Assembly (NCBI GenBank): GCA_050183355.1
Contig: JBFXBH010000007.1
Span: forward strand, 1 to 46,634
Direction: 5' to 3'
Source: Vicinamibacterales bacterium
Lineage (GTDB): Bacteria; Acidobacteriota; Vicinamibacteria; Vicinamibacterales; UBA2999
DNA length: 46,634 bases
In this document: positions 1 through 8,620 of the stretch, one piece after another
How positions within the stretch are numbered: position 1 is the first letter of the stretch
How the letters are laid out: each line of letters opens with the position of its first letter
Made by a program: the position numbers and the translations under genes
The notes under the pieces: generated by a model
Told to the model about the DNA's origin: nothing
Seen by the model: the letters and a program-made list of their open reading frames with translations, nothing else
Database searches by the model: none

Positions 1-575
1 CCCTCCGTTCCGGCGATGGTGCCGTCCGGGTAGTACTTCTGCATCCGGTGGATCACCGGCACGAACTGCTCCGCCGTGTGCTTCGACTTCAGCACCCGCT
101 CCAGGGAATGGCAGTAGGTGCAGCTCGCGATCTGCTTGATGACCAGGGCCTTCTCGGCCGGCGTGCCGGGCACGGAGGTGATCCATTCGACCGACGTCAC
201 CTGGCTGCTGATGTCCTTCGCGGCCTGCAGCTTCAGGTCCAGCGTGGCCGTCTTCCCGGCGTCGACGCTGACGGTCGCGGGCGTCATCGCCAGGTCGAAG
301 CCCACGGCGCGAATCTTGATCGCGTAGGTGCCGGCGTCCTTCAGATGCGTCCGGGGGAACGCGTAACGCCCCTGGGCGTCACTGACGACCGTGACGTCGA
401 CCGCCGCACCCTCACGGCGCGCCGTCACGAGCACGCCTTCCATGTTCCCTTCTTCCTGGGAACTGACGGTACCGGCCAGCGCCGCACCGCCCTGCGCGTC
501 CACGCGCGCGATCAGACCGGACAGGCAACCCGCGAGCAGGATCGCCGCAAAGACGTACAGAGTATTCGTGCGCAT
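1..575 (-). CDS. Exported protein: carboxypeptidase-regulatory-like (Ig) domain plus c-type heme motif; runs off the left edge (probably continues into a Vgb-like beta-propeller)
   Basis: Absent from the ORF track. Hand translation from ATG 575 (SD GGAGGT at 581-586) gives MRTNTLYVFAAILLAGCLSGLIARVDAQGGAALAGTVSSQEEGNMEGVLVTARR...VVSDAQGRYAFP...IASCTYCHSLERVLKSKH. CxxCH lies at 108-122 and the frame is open to base 1. Confidence 0.85.
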   Translation of the reverse strand, partial: MRTNTLYVFAAILLAGCLSGLIARVDAQGGAALAGTVSSQEEGNMEGVLVTARREGAAVDVTVVSDAQGRYAFPRTHLKDAGTYAIKIRAVGFDLAMTPATVSVDAGKTATLDLKLQAAKDISSQVTSVEWITSVPGTPAEKALVIKQIASCTYCHSLERVLKSKHTAEQFVPVIHRMQKYYPDGTIAGTE

Positions 576-682
576 GGAAGACCTCCGCGCGGAGTCTAAC
601 AAAGGAGTGGGGTTACCCGGGAGGCAAAACGTACTCCCGGTGCCAGCGGACGCTGGTGCTGAGGCTGTCGCCGACACAGGCT

Positions 683-718
683 CCGGGGCAAGTGCGTTGG
701 CCAACGCACTCGCCCCGG
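683..718 (-). other. 36-nt near-perfect palindromic stem-loop just downstream of TBDR1 (mRNA-stabilising or processing hairpin, or a terminator without a U-tract)
   Basis: CCGGGGCAAGTGCGTTGG|CCAACGCACTCGCCCCGG; the single mismatch is a G-U pair on the minus-strand RNA; no poly-U follows. Confidence 0.6.
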
Positions 719-731
719 GCCGACGCGAACA

Positions 732-3700
732 CTAGAAGTCGATCACCGCGCTGAACTTCAGCAGCCGCCCTCCCAGCATGGAGAACGGGAACTTCCAGAA
801 CGCGCTCCGGCTCCCGGCCGCCCCCCACGTACCGGACGTGCCCTGCAGGGGCCGGTTGTTGAACACGTTGTAGAGCTCCAGCGCCGGCTGGATCCGGAAG
901 CCGGCCATACGGAAGGTGTTCCCCAGCCGAAGGTCCACCTGCGTCAGCCGGGAATCGTGCAGCTTCGACGAGTTGAACACCGTCGGATCGAGGGCCACCG
1001 TCGTGCTCGCCGTGCAGGTCGCGCCGGGCGTGCCCCGCAGCGTGCATGCCGACAGGTCACGCCCGAGCGACTGGGCGATCTCGAAGTTCAGCGCCACATA
1101 GTTGGCGTCGAGCGGCAGACCCGGCAGGTGCTTGAACGCACCGCTGATCACGAAGTTGCCCGGCAGCGGGTAGACCGCCTGGAACTTTACCTGCGACCCG
1201 GTGCCGTCCCACAGCGTTCCTGTCACCCTGCAGAACTCGTCGGTCCGCGGCAGCGCCCCCGGCGCGGCGTTGAAGCCGGTCTCCGAGACATGCGGGAGGT
1301 CGTTCAGCCAGCAGAAGTTGAAATCCTGCCGTCCGAGCGTGAGCCCACCCGTGATCATCGCCCCGTTGCTGAAGCGCGCGTTGAGGCCGAGGTCGAGACC
1401 GTTGAAGATGTCCGTCGGCTCGATGCCGCTCGTGTTGACGTCCTTCGCGAGCACGCGCTCGATCTGCGACGGGCGCCGCAGCGCGTCGAGGTTGACGTCG
1501 TAGATCCCGCAGACGCGCTGGCCGCTCACGTCACCCAGGTCGGGATCCGTGGGGGCCGTGATGCACCCGGCCTGGTAGTCCGCCGGGGTGCGCGACCGGT
1601 CCACCAGGGCATTCTGGTTGGTCCACCACGTGCGGTGGTAGCCCACCTGCAGCCCCACGCCCTCGATCAGCTCGTGCTGCAGGACCACGCCGATCTGGTA
1701 GTTGGCCTCCCGCACGCCCCAGCCCTGGTTGGCCGCCCAGGTGGTCTGTGGGCGCGCCGTGCCAAACAGCGGATTGTCGATGGCCGCGCACTCGCCGTTG
1801 GCGGCGAAGTTCGTCAGGTCGCAGTCCGGCACGTAGTCACGGTTGGCGTCGTTCCACCCGCGGGAGGTGCTGGTCACCAGCGCGTTCGAGGGTGCCAGGT
1901 TCACGGTATCCTCGCCGCCGAGCGATTCGAGGTACCGGCCGAACGAGCCCTTGATCGCGGTCTTACCGTTCCCGAACAGGTCGTACGCCACGCCGATGCG
2001 CGGCGAGATGTCCTTGAAGTTGGGGATGTTCTTGAGCTCAGGGAACGACCGCGCCGGCGCAAACGGACCCGCCGGCAGGTCGAGGGCCGCCGCCCAGCCG
2101 TGGAAGTGGTCGAAGCGGATGCCGTAGTTCAGCGTGAGCCGATCGATCGTCCACTGATCCTGGGCGAAGAGCGCCTGCCGGCGAACGATGGCCGTCGCAG
2201 AGATCGGGCTGGAGAACTGCGTCACCGACTCGGGCCTGCCGCCGACGAAGTTGTAGTTCACCGCGTCCCACTGCGGCATCCGCGTGCCGTTCAGGAAGCT
2301 GCGGCGGACGCCACCCGCCAGATTCTCGAAGTTGCCCTGCTGGAGTTCCATGCCGGCCTGGATCTGGTGGCTGCCGGTGATGTAGGACACCGAGAGGCGC
2401 TGGTTGTAGTTGTTCGTCGCCCGCGGGCCGTCGTCGTCATGGCCGCCCGACAGGGCGCCCCAGCGCTTGCTGGTGGTGCGCTCCAGGATGCTCACCCGCT
2501 GCTCGAGGTCGTTGCCCTGCGTGACCGCCTGGATGAGGAACGACCCACCGGCCTGGACCAGGAGCTTGTTGCTCGCCGCATAGTTCCAGTCCGCCTGGTA
2601 CAGGAACATCGGCATCCCGTGACCGCTCGGATTCGAGTAGTGGTAGTAGACGTCCGCCTCCGGTGAGGCCTGCGAGCCGAGCCCGATGGCCAGGGGACAG
2701 GCGCACGCGCGCTGGCCGATGATGCCGCCGGAGAACTTGTTCTTGTCGTTGAGCTGGAAGGTGAAGCGGCCGCCCACATCGCGGGCCCAGTTATCGGTGA
2801 ACGCCCGCCGGTTCAGGTCCGGCTCGAAGCGCCACCAGTCCGGCGACCCGTTGAAGAAGGTATTGGTGCCGTAGGTGTGGCCGCCCCAGAACCGCACGGA
2901 CCCGTAGTACCAGAGCTTGTCCCGCACGAACGCGCCGCCAAAGCCGACCCCGTAGTCGGACACCTGCTTGAGCGACGACTGGTCCTCGGCGCTGCCCCGA
3001 TCGATGAGCTCCTGCGGCACCTTGCCCGACGCGAAGTCGTTGTTCGAGTAGGCGAGCACGCTGTGCATGCTGAAGAGGTTGCCGCCCTCGCGCGGAATCA
3101 TGTTGAGGTTGGCGCCGCCGGTCTCGGTCGTTGCCCCGGCGCCTCCGGTGTCCACCGTGGTCTCCTGCACGCCGATGGTGTTGAACTTCCAGATCCGCAT
3201 CTGGCCGCCGCCCTTGCCGTGCAGCGAGTTCGTGTTCATGCCGGCGTAGTTCATCTTGCTGTCGTCGCCGCGGCTGCCGTGAATGGAGAGCGACGTATTG
3301 GTCTCGGCCATCGATCCGCCGACGTCGTTCCGGCCCTGCGTCGAGTTGACGACGCCCAGGGTGAGGCCGGCGAAGGCCGTCAGGTCGCGCGCGCCGGTCG
3401 GCAGCGCCTCGACGACATCCATCCGATTCACGTCCTGCGTGCGGACGTTCTGGATGTCCACGACCGGGCTGGCGCCCGTGACCGTCACGGTCTCCTCGAG
3501 GCCGCCCACTTTCATGTCCGAGTTGGCCGTGGCCGTGAAGCCCGCCGAGATCTCGACGCCCTCACGCTTGAAGGTGGCGAAGCCCGGCAGCGTGAACGTG
3601 ACGCTGTAGGTGCCGGGCGGCAGGTTCGTGATGTTGAAGCGGCCCTGGCCGTCGGTCACGGCCACGCGGACCTTCTCGATCAGCGCGGGACTGGCCGCCT

Positions 3701-3857
3701 CGACGGTGACGCCCGGGAGCACCGCCTGGGTGGTGTCGCGCGCCACGCCGGTGATTCCACCCGTGTTCTGAGCCAGTGCCGTCGTCGAAAGGATGGCGAC
3801 GGTCGCCAGAGCCCGTCCGGCTGTGCGAACCCAGTCCAAGTGCGAGAGTCTCGTCAT
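732..3857 (-). CDS. TonB-dependent receptor 1 (N-terminal CarboxypepD_reg domain, Acidobacteria/Oar-like type)
   Basis: Signal peptide; GVARDTTQAVLPGVTVEAASPALIEKVR; plug region; FAQDQWTIDRLTLNYGIRFD; SPRIGVAYDLFGNGKTAIK; C-terminal Phe (AVIDF). Confidence 0.92.
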   Translation of the reverse strand: MTRLSHLDWVRTAGRALATVAILSTTALAQNTGGITGVARDTTQAVLPGVTVEAASPALIEKVRVAVTDGQGRFNITNLPPGTYSVTFTLPGFATFKREGVEISAGFTATANSDMKVGGLEETVTVTGASPVVDIQNVRTQDVNRMDVVEALPTGARDLTAFAGLTLGVVNSTQGRNDVGGSMAETNTSLSIHGSRGDDSKMNYAGMNTNSLHGKGGGQMRIWKFNTIGVQETTVDTGGAGATTETGGANLNMIPREGGNLFSMHSVLAYSNNDFASGKVPQELIDRGSAEDQSSLKQVSDYGVGFGGAFVRDKLWYYGSVRFWGGHTYGTNTFFNGSPDWWRFEPDLNRRAFTDNWARDVGGRFTFQLNDKNKFSGGIIGQRACACPLAIGLGSQASPEADVYYHYSNPSGHGMPMFLYQADWNYAASNKLLVQAGGSFLIQAVTQGNDLEQRVSILERTTSKRWGALSGGHDDDGPRATNNYNQRLSVSYITGSHQIQAGMELQQGNFENLAGGVRRSFLNGTRMPQWDAVNYNFVGGRPESVTQFSSPISATAIVRRQALFAQDQWTIDRLTLNYGIRFDHFHGWAAALDLPAGPFAPARSFPELKNIPNFKDISPRIGVAYDLFGNGKTAIKGSFGRYLESLGGEDTVNLAPSNALVTSTSRGWNDANRDYVPDCDLTNFAANGECAAIDNPLFGTARPQTTWAANQGWGVREANYQIGVVLQHELIEGVGLQVGYHRTWWTNQNALVDRSRTPADYQAGCITAPTDPDLGDVSGQRVCGIYDVNLDALRRPSQIERVLAKDVNTSGIEPTDIFNGLDLGLNARFSNGAMITGGLTLGRQDFNFCWLNDLPHVSETGFNAAPGALPRTDEFCRVTGTLWDGTGSQVKFQAVYPLPGNFVISGAFKHLPGLPLDANYVALNFEIAQSLGRDLSACTLRGTPGATCTASTTVALDPTVFNSSKLHDSRLTQVDLRLGNTFRMAGFRIQPALELYNVFNNRPLQGTSGTWGAAGSRSAFWKFPFSMLGGRLLKFSAVIDF

Positions 3858-3951
3858 CTGTCTCCCCCATGGTGAAAGGTGTCAGCGCCGAGTGGTGCCC
3901 GCCGGACGCCTGCCGGTGATATGCCCAGAGGAAACGTCGAATTGGGGGCGG

Positions 3952-3980
3952 AGCTTAACCGGAAGTGGGTATGCCGTCAA
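3952..3980 (-). promoter_or_regulatory. Sigma70-type promoter for TBDR1
   Basis: Minus strand reads TTGACG-N17-TAAGCT, about 95 nt upstream of the ATG at 3857. Confidence 0.6.
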
Positions 3981-4011
3981 GGCAAACGTCGTTCAGCACG
4001 CAATGTTTGCC
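3981..4011. promoter_or_regulatory. Inverted repeat abutting the -35 box; candidate operator
   Basis: GGCAAAC-N17-GTTTGCC immediately upstream of the TTGACG hexamer. Confidence 0.4.
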
Positions 4012-4100
4012 AATAACGAGCCGCGGCGACAGCGTGAGAGAACCTGATACGAGCGTCATTCGCACGAATTCATTCAGAAAATTTCGTCAGCTCGGGCCGC

Positions 4101-6413
4101 TCAGTACCGCAGCAGCCGGTTGACCTTCACCACGAGTCCGCGGTTGAGCAGTCGCGGCGCCGTGGCGGTCGGCGGCAGGTCGGCCGTGTTGTCGTCGGTA
4201 TAGACCACGAAGAGCTCGCTGCCGGGGATGTATTCCCAGCGCCACCGGACGTTCGTGCTCAGGCTGTTGGCGGCGGAGTTGTACTGCACGAGGCCGCTGA
4301 CGAACATCCGCGGCGTGAACGTGTAGTTGATCCGCGCCCGGGCGATGCGCGTCGTGTAGTCAACCGAGGGAAAGCTGAACCAGTTCAGCGCGACACTCGG
4401 CTCGAGCGAGAACTGCGGCGTGAGCTGCACGCGCCCGCCACTGACGCTGACGGTCGTCTGGTCTCCGTCGTAGTAGCGCCCCGTGCCGATGGTCACCGTG
4501 CCTGACACTTTCCGCTGGGACCCGAAGCCGTACCCGCCGCTCACGTTGTAGAAGTCGTACGTGCCCGGAGCGATCGCCGGCCCGCCAGCCAGGCGGAAGG
4601 GCGCGGTCAGACGGTCGTGGGTACGCGAGGCGTTGGCGAAGACGCGATCGCTCCGGTGGAATTCGGTCGAGAAGGCCGCGGTGATCACACGGGTGACCAG
4701 TTCGCCGGCCGTGTTCGCGATGTGCTCGACATCGCCATCCAGGACGACCTGGCGGACCGCCTTGACCCGTCGCACGCGCGGGCTGAACCGGGCGGAGGCC
4801 ACCGTGCGCCGGATATCCGGCCGTTGCACAAACCCGACCTCCGGATTGAACGCGTCGCCGACGAACAGGTGGTTCAGCTCGAACCCGTAGCGGTCGGCGT
4901 TCCACTCGGCCCGGGCCTGGTAGCTCGTCTCGCTGCCCGCCAGGCCCGGCGTCCGGGACCGCATGTAGAAGCCGTTCAGGTTCAGATAGTTGACGAAGGA
5001 GAACGCGCCGTCGATGCCGACGGTCGTGTTCGCGTGCCCGGGCGCGCGCAGCGAGGCGGACCGGCCCGTGAACATGCCGCCGATACTGCTCCGCTTCAGG
5101 ATGTCCTGCCGCACGCGCAGCACCGTGAAGTTCGTCTTCGGCGTGGCCGACGCCGCCTCCGCGTCCGTCTCCATCGTCAGCGCGCCGATCGTCGTGTTCC
5201 CGACGCGCCCCGTCACCCGCCCTCCGGCGATGATCGGGATGACGCGACCCCGGTTGAGGCCGATCTGCCGCGTGAAGAACAGTTCGGGCACGATGCCACC
5301 GGTCGGCACGCTGCCGCGCGTGAAGTTCGGCCGGCCGAACTCGAAGATGCCGCGCCCCTCCAGGAAGAACTCCCGCTTCTCGGGGAAGAACAGGTTGAAC
5401 CGCGTGAGGTTGACCTGCTGTTCGTCGACCTCGACCTGGGCGAAGTCGGTGTTCACGCTGACGTCGAGCGTGATGCTTTTCGTCAGGCCGTACTTCACGT
5501 CCAGCCCCGCCTGCCGCTCGGGGTCGTTCGACACGACGGGGCGCACCGTGTTGTCCGTCCGCACACCGGCCACCGCGTACGGCTTGATGTCGAGGTTCCG
5601 CCCCGTTGACGGCGCCTCGAGGCCGACCAGCGTGGCCGCGCGCGACAGGCGAATCCACGCGCCGGACCCGTCCGCGGCCGGCAGCGGCGTCAGCGTGCTG
5701 TACTCGTTCTTCCGCCGGATGCCCCTCCGGAAGTTGATGCCCCAGACCTGCTGCCGGCCGGGCCGGTAGCGGATCGACTTGAACGGGATCCGGATCTCGG
5801 TCGCCCAGCCCCCGTCGAAGACCTGCGACCGCACGATCCAGACGGGGTTCCAGTCCTGGTTCGAGTTGCCCTCGTTCGTCACCTGGAGGTCGCGCTGGGC
5901 GGCCAGGGGATTGGTGATGAACATGTAGCCGTTCCGGCGGTCGTAGAACGTATCGATGATCACGCCGAAGCTGTCGTTGTTCGTGATCTGCCCGTTGTCC
6001 CGCCGCATCTCGTTGGCCACGAGCGCCCCGGGACCGTCCGCGTCCCAGCAGCGCGCCGCCACGTAGAACGCCTGGTCATCGAAGAACACCCAGATGTCGG
6101 TCTTCTCCGAGGCGGGCTCGCCGGCTCGGGGAATGTTCTGGATCGTGCCGGAGACCGCCCGGACCACCCCGTACATCGGCTCATCCAGCCGGCCATCCAT
6201 CCGCAGCGGTGCGGGCAGGCGCGTCGCGCGGACGGTCGCGTTGCCCTGGGCGTCCCGGGTCACGACCTCGGGCGCCTCGGGCGCCTCCGGACCCAGGATC
6301 GCGGGCAGCACCGCCGACGACGGCGCGGAGGGGACGGCCTGGGCGGCGGACGGCCCGGCGGCACAGAGGAGGCCAATGCCGGCCAGCAGGGCCGGGAACA
6401 ACGGGCGACTCAA
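4101..6413 (-). CDS. CBM9-like sugar-binding domain plus DUF5916 outer-membrane beta-barrel protein
   Basis: Signal peptide; MDGRLDEP, IIDTFYDRRNGY and WGINFRR (CBM9-like); VNTDFAQVEVDEQQVNLTRFNLFFPEKREFFLEG (DUF5916 hallmark); aromatic C-terminal residue; TTG start. Confidence 0.85.
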   Translation of the reverse strand: MSRPLFPALLAGIGLLCAAGPSAAQAVPSAPSSAVLPAILGPEAPEAPEVVTRDAQGNATVRATRLPAPLRMDGRLDEPMYGVVRAVSGTIQNIPRAGEPASEKTDIWVFFDDQAFYVAARCWDADGPGALVANEMRRDNGQITNNDSFGVIIDTFYDRRNGYMFITNPLAAQRDLQVTNEGNSNQDWNPVWIVRSQVFDGGWATEIRIPFKSIRYRPGRQQVWGINFRRGIRRKNEYSTLTPLPAADGSGAWIRLSRAATLVGLEAPSTGRNLDIKPYAVAGVRTDNTVRPVVSNDPERQAGLDVKYGLTKSITLDVSVNTDFAQVEVDEQQVNLTRFNLFFPEKREFFLEGRGIFEFGRPNFTRGSVPTGGIVPELFFTRQIGLNRGRVIPIIAGGRVTGRVGNTTIGALTMETDAEAASATPKTNFTVLRVRQDILKRSSIGGMFTGRSASLRAPGHANTTVGIDGAFSFVNYLNLNGFYMRSRTPGLAGSETSYQARAEWNADRYGFELNHLFVGDAFNPEVGFVQRPDIRRTVASARFSPRVRRVKAVRQVVLDGDVEHIANTAGELVTRVITAAFSTEFHRSDRVFANASRTHDRLTAPFRLAGGPAIAPGTYDFYNVSGGYGFGSQRKVSGTVTIGTGRYYDGDQTTVSVSGGRVQLTPQFSLEPSVALNWFSFPSVDYTTRIARARINYTFTPRMFVSGLVQYNSAANSLSTNVRWRWEYIPGSELFVVYTDDNTADLPPTATAPRLLNRGLVVKVNRLLRY

Positions 6414-6421
6414 ACCAGTGG

Positions 6422-6429
6422 ATTATAGT
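6422..6429. promoter_or_regulatory. Overlapping divergent -10 elements (bidirectional promoter)
   Basis: ATTATAGT reads TATAAT on the minus strand (6427-6422) and TATAGT on the plus strand (6424-6429), within a 29-bp gap between divergent start codons. Confidence 0.6.
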
Positions 6430-6442
6430 ACCCAGACCCCAC

Positions 6443-7036
6443 GTGGAACACCTGATCAAGCAGTACGCGCTCGAGTCCGGAGCGCTCGAGATTCAGTACA
6501 TCGAGGAATACTTCGGCGAGTTCCCCCGCAAGAAGTCCGCGGCCGAGATCATCGACCGCCTCGCCGACCGCGAGAGCCTGATCCTGATGGCGGAAGCGCC
6601 GCTGCCGGGCGACCCGGCCGGCACGGTCGTCCCCGTCTCGTTCAAGATCGTCCACGAGCTGAAGGCCGACGAAACGGACCCCAAGCTGGCGGACCTGGTC
6701 GCCAAGCTGCGCGACGTGGTCGTGTTCGACGGGCGGCGCGTCCTCTACACGTGGATCGGCGGCACGCGGCGCGACTGGCGCGGCCACGGCCACTTCCGGG
6801 CCCTCACCGAGGAATCGGAGGTGTGGGCGCACACGGCCGGCTTCCACGAGGTCGTCGTCAAGACGAAGAACCGCTTCTACGACATGCGCGGCACGCTCGC
6901 CCAACTGCAGTTCGACGTCATCAAGTACGCGCCGAACCCGGCCGACAACCGCGAATCCAAGGTCTATCTCTCCAAACAGCTCACGGCGGACGTCCTCCGC
7001 ACGCACACGAGCCACCGCACGGTCACCTTCGCGTAG
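6443..7036 (+). CDS. GNAT-family N-acetyltransferase-like protein
   Basis: Start trimmed to GTG 6443 because the longer ORF overlaps the DUF5916 gene. YTWIGGTRRDWRGHGHFRAL matches the acetyl-CoA-binding motif A; VVKTKN follows. Confidence 0.75.
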   Translation: MEHLIKQYALESGALEIQYIEEYFGEFPRKKSAAEIIDRLADRESLILMAEAPLPGDPAGTVVPVSFKIVHELKADETDPKLADLVAKLRDVVVFDGRRVLYTWIGGTRRDWRGHGHFRALTEESEVWAHTAGFHEVVVKTKNRFYDMRGTLAQLQFDVIKYAPNPADNRESKVYLSKQLTADVLRTHTSHRTVTFA

Positions 7037-8038
7037 CTACTTCGCCTTGCTGTCCTTCGGCCCCTCGATGCCCAGCACCGGGTGCGGTTCGTACAGCTCC
7101 TCCAGATAGGCGATCTCGGCGTCATTCAGCGCCAGGTCCACGGCGCCGACGGCCTGTTCGAGCTGTTCCAGCTTCGTCGTGCCGACGATCGGCGCCGTCA
7201 CGCCCTTCGCGAGCAGCCACGCGAGCGCGACCTGCGAGGACGGCACGCCGCGCTTCGCGGCAACCTCCCCGCAGCGGTCGGCGATCGCGAAGTCACTCTT
7301 CATCGAATACAGGTGATGCGCGAAGTCGTCCGTACGCGCGCGTGATGTGGCGGACCAGTCGCCCTGCTTCCGGTTCCCGGCGAGCACGCCGCGTGCCAGC
7401 GGGCTCCACGGGATGACGCCGATGCCCTCCTTCCAGCAGAGCGGCAGCATCTCCCGCTCCTCCTCCCGGTACAGCAGGTTGTAGTGGTTCTGCATCGAGA
7501 TGAAGCGCGACCAGCCTCGATGGTCCGCCATGGCCAGCGCCTGCGCGAACTCCCACGCGTAGCCGCTCGACGCACCGAGGTAGCGCACCTTGCCCGCGCG
7601 GACGATGTCGTCGAGCGCCCGCAGCGTCTCGTCGAGCGGCGTCGCGCTGTCCCACCGGTGGATCTGATAGAGGTCGATGTAGTCGGTCCCGAGATTCCGG
7701 AGCGACCGATCCACGGCGTCGAAGATGTGCTTGCGCGACAGGCCGCGCTCGTTGACGCCGGCCCTGGTCGGATAGAACACCTTCGTCGCGATGATGACCT
7801 GGTCGCGGGAGGCGAAGTCCCGGAGCGCGCGTCCGACGACCGCCTCGCCCTCACCGGCCGAATAGAAGTCCGCGGTGTCGAAGAAGTTGAAGCCCAACTC
7901 GATCGCGCGGCTGATGATGGCGCGGCTCGGCTCCTCCGCGAGCACCCACTCCCGCCACTGCGGCGTGCCGAACCCCATGCAGCCCAGGCACAGCCGCGAC
8001 ACCTTCAGACCACTCGACCCCAGATTCGTGTACTGCAT
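7037..8038 (-). CDS. Aldo/keto reductase (YajO/Tas-like)
   Basis: MQYTNLGSSGLKVSRLCLGCM; FDTADFYS, IATK and DLYQIHRWD carry the catalytic Asp/Tyr/Lys/His; IPWSPLARG; SD GAGGGG upstream of ATG 8038. Confidence 0.93.
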   Translation of the reverse strand: MQYTNLGSSGLKVSRLCLGCMGFGTPQWREWVLAEEPSRAIISRAIELGFNFFDTADFYSAGEGEAVVGRALRDFASRDQVIIATKVFYPTRAGVNERGLSRKHIFDAVDRSLRNLGTDYIDLYQIHRWDSATPLDETLRALDDIVRAGKVRYLGASSGYAWEFAQALAMADHRGWSRFISMQNHYNLLYREEEREMLPLCWKEGIGVIPWSPLARGVLAGNRKQGDWSATSRARTDDFAHHLYSMKSDFAIADRCGEVAAKRGVPSSQVALAWLLAKGVTAPIVGTTKLEQLEQAVGAVDLALNDAEIAYLEELYEPHPVLGIEGPKDSKAK

Positions 8039-8098
8039 CCGCCCCCTCGACGTACGAGTATAGACGCGGGTGCCGCGCGGCCCTCGCACCCGGGGCGG

Positions 8099-8569
8099 CT
8101 ACCGGGCAGACGGCGCGATGAGTTCGACCTCGAGGTCGTCCGGCCCCTTCACGTAGAGCGCGGCCCCGACCTGCCGGACCTTCAGACCCTGCTTCTCCAG
8201 CCTGGCGCGCATCGCCTTCGGGTCCTTCGCCGACATGCCGGGCACCTTGATGGCGAAGTGGTCCGTGCGCGGAATGGGTCCGCGCGAGATCCGGAGGTGC
8301 CCGCGCCCGCCGCCGGACTCCAGCGGGATGGTCGCGCGCTCGTTGGCGACGGTCGCCGGCCCGAGCAGCCTTTCGTAGAACGCGGTGGTGCCCGCCAGAT
8401 CCACGGTCTTCAGCTCGACGTGGTGGATGCCGCCCGGCGTCACGAGCCCCGGACGGGCCGCCGCTCCGGCCACCGACGCCTGCAGCGCGGCCACCGCGCC
8501 CGCCAGAAACGCCCGTCGGTCGATCAGCCCGCGCTCGTAGCGGTCCAGCCAGCTCTCGAACAACTCCAT
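8099..8569 (-). CDS. VOC/glyoxalase-family protein with a twin-arginine (Tat)-like signal
   Basis: SD GGAGGA spaced for ATG 8569; YERGLIDRRAFLAG; IHHVELKTVDL, TDHFAI, YVKGPDDLEVEL. Confidence 0.8.
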   Translation of the reverse strand: MELFESWLDRYERGLIDRRAFLAGAVAALQASVAGAAARPGLVTPGGIHHVELKTVDLAGTTAFYERLLGPATVANERATIPLESGGGRGHLRISRGPIPRTDHFAIKVPGMSAKDPKAMRARLEKQGLKVRQVGAALYVKGPDDLEVELIAPSAR

Positions 8570-8620
8570 GCGCATGTTCCTCCGGCACGCCGTAATGGCA
8601 CAGTGGCAGAATAGGCGCGT

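Noticed and set aside
3858-4100. Cobalamin or other riboswitch ahead of the TBDRs
   Set aside because: No recognisable B12-box or other aptamer core by eye in any TBDR leader; an Infernal/Rfam scan would be decisive.
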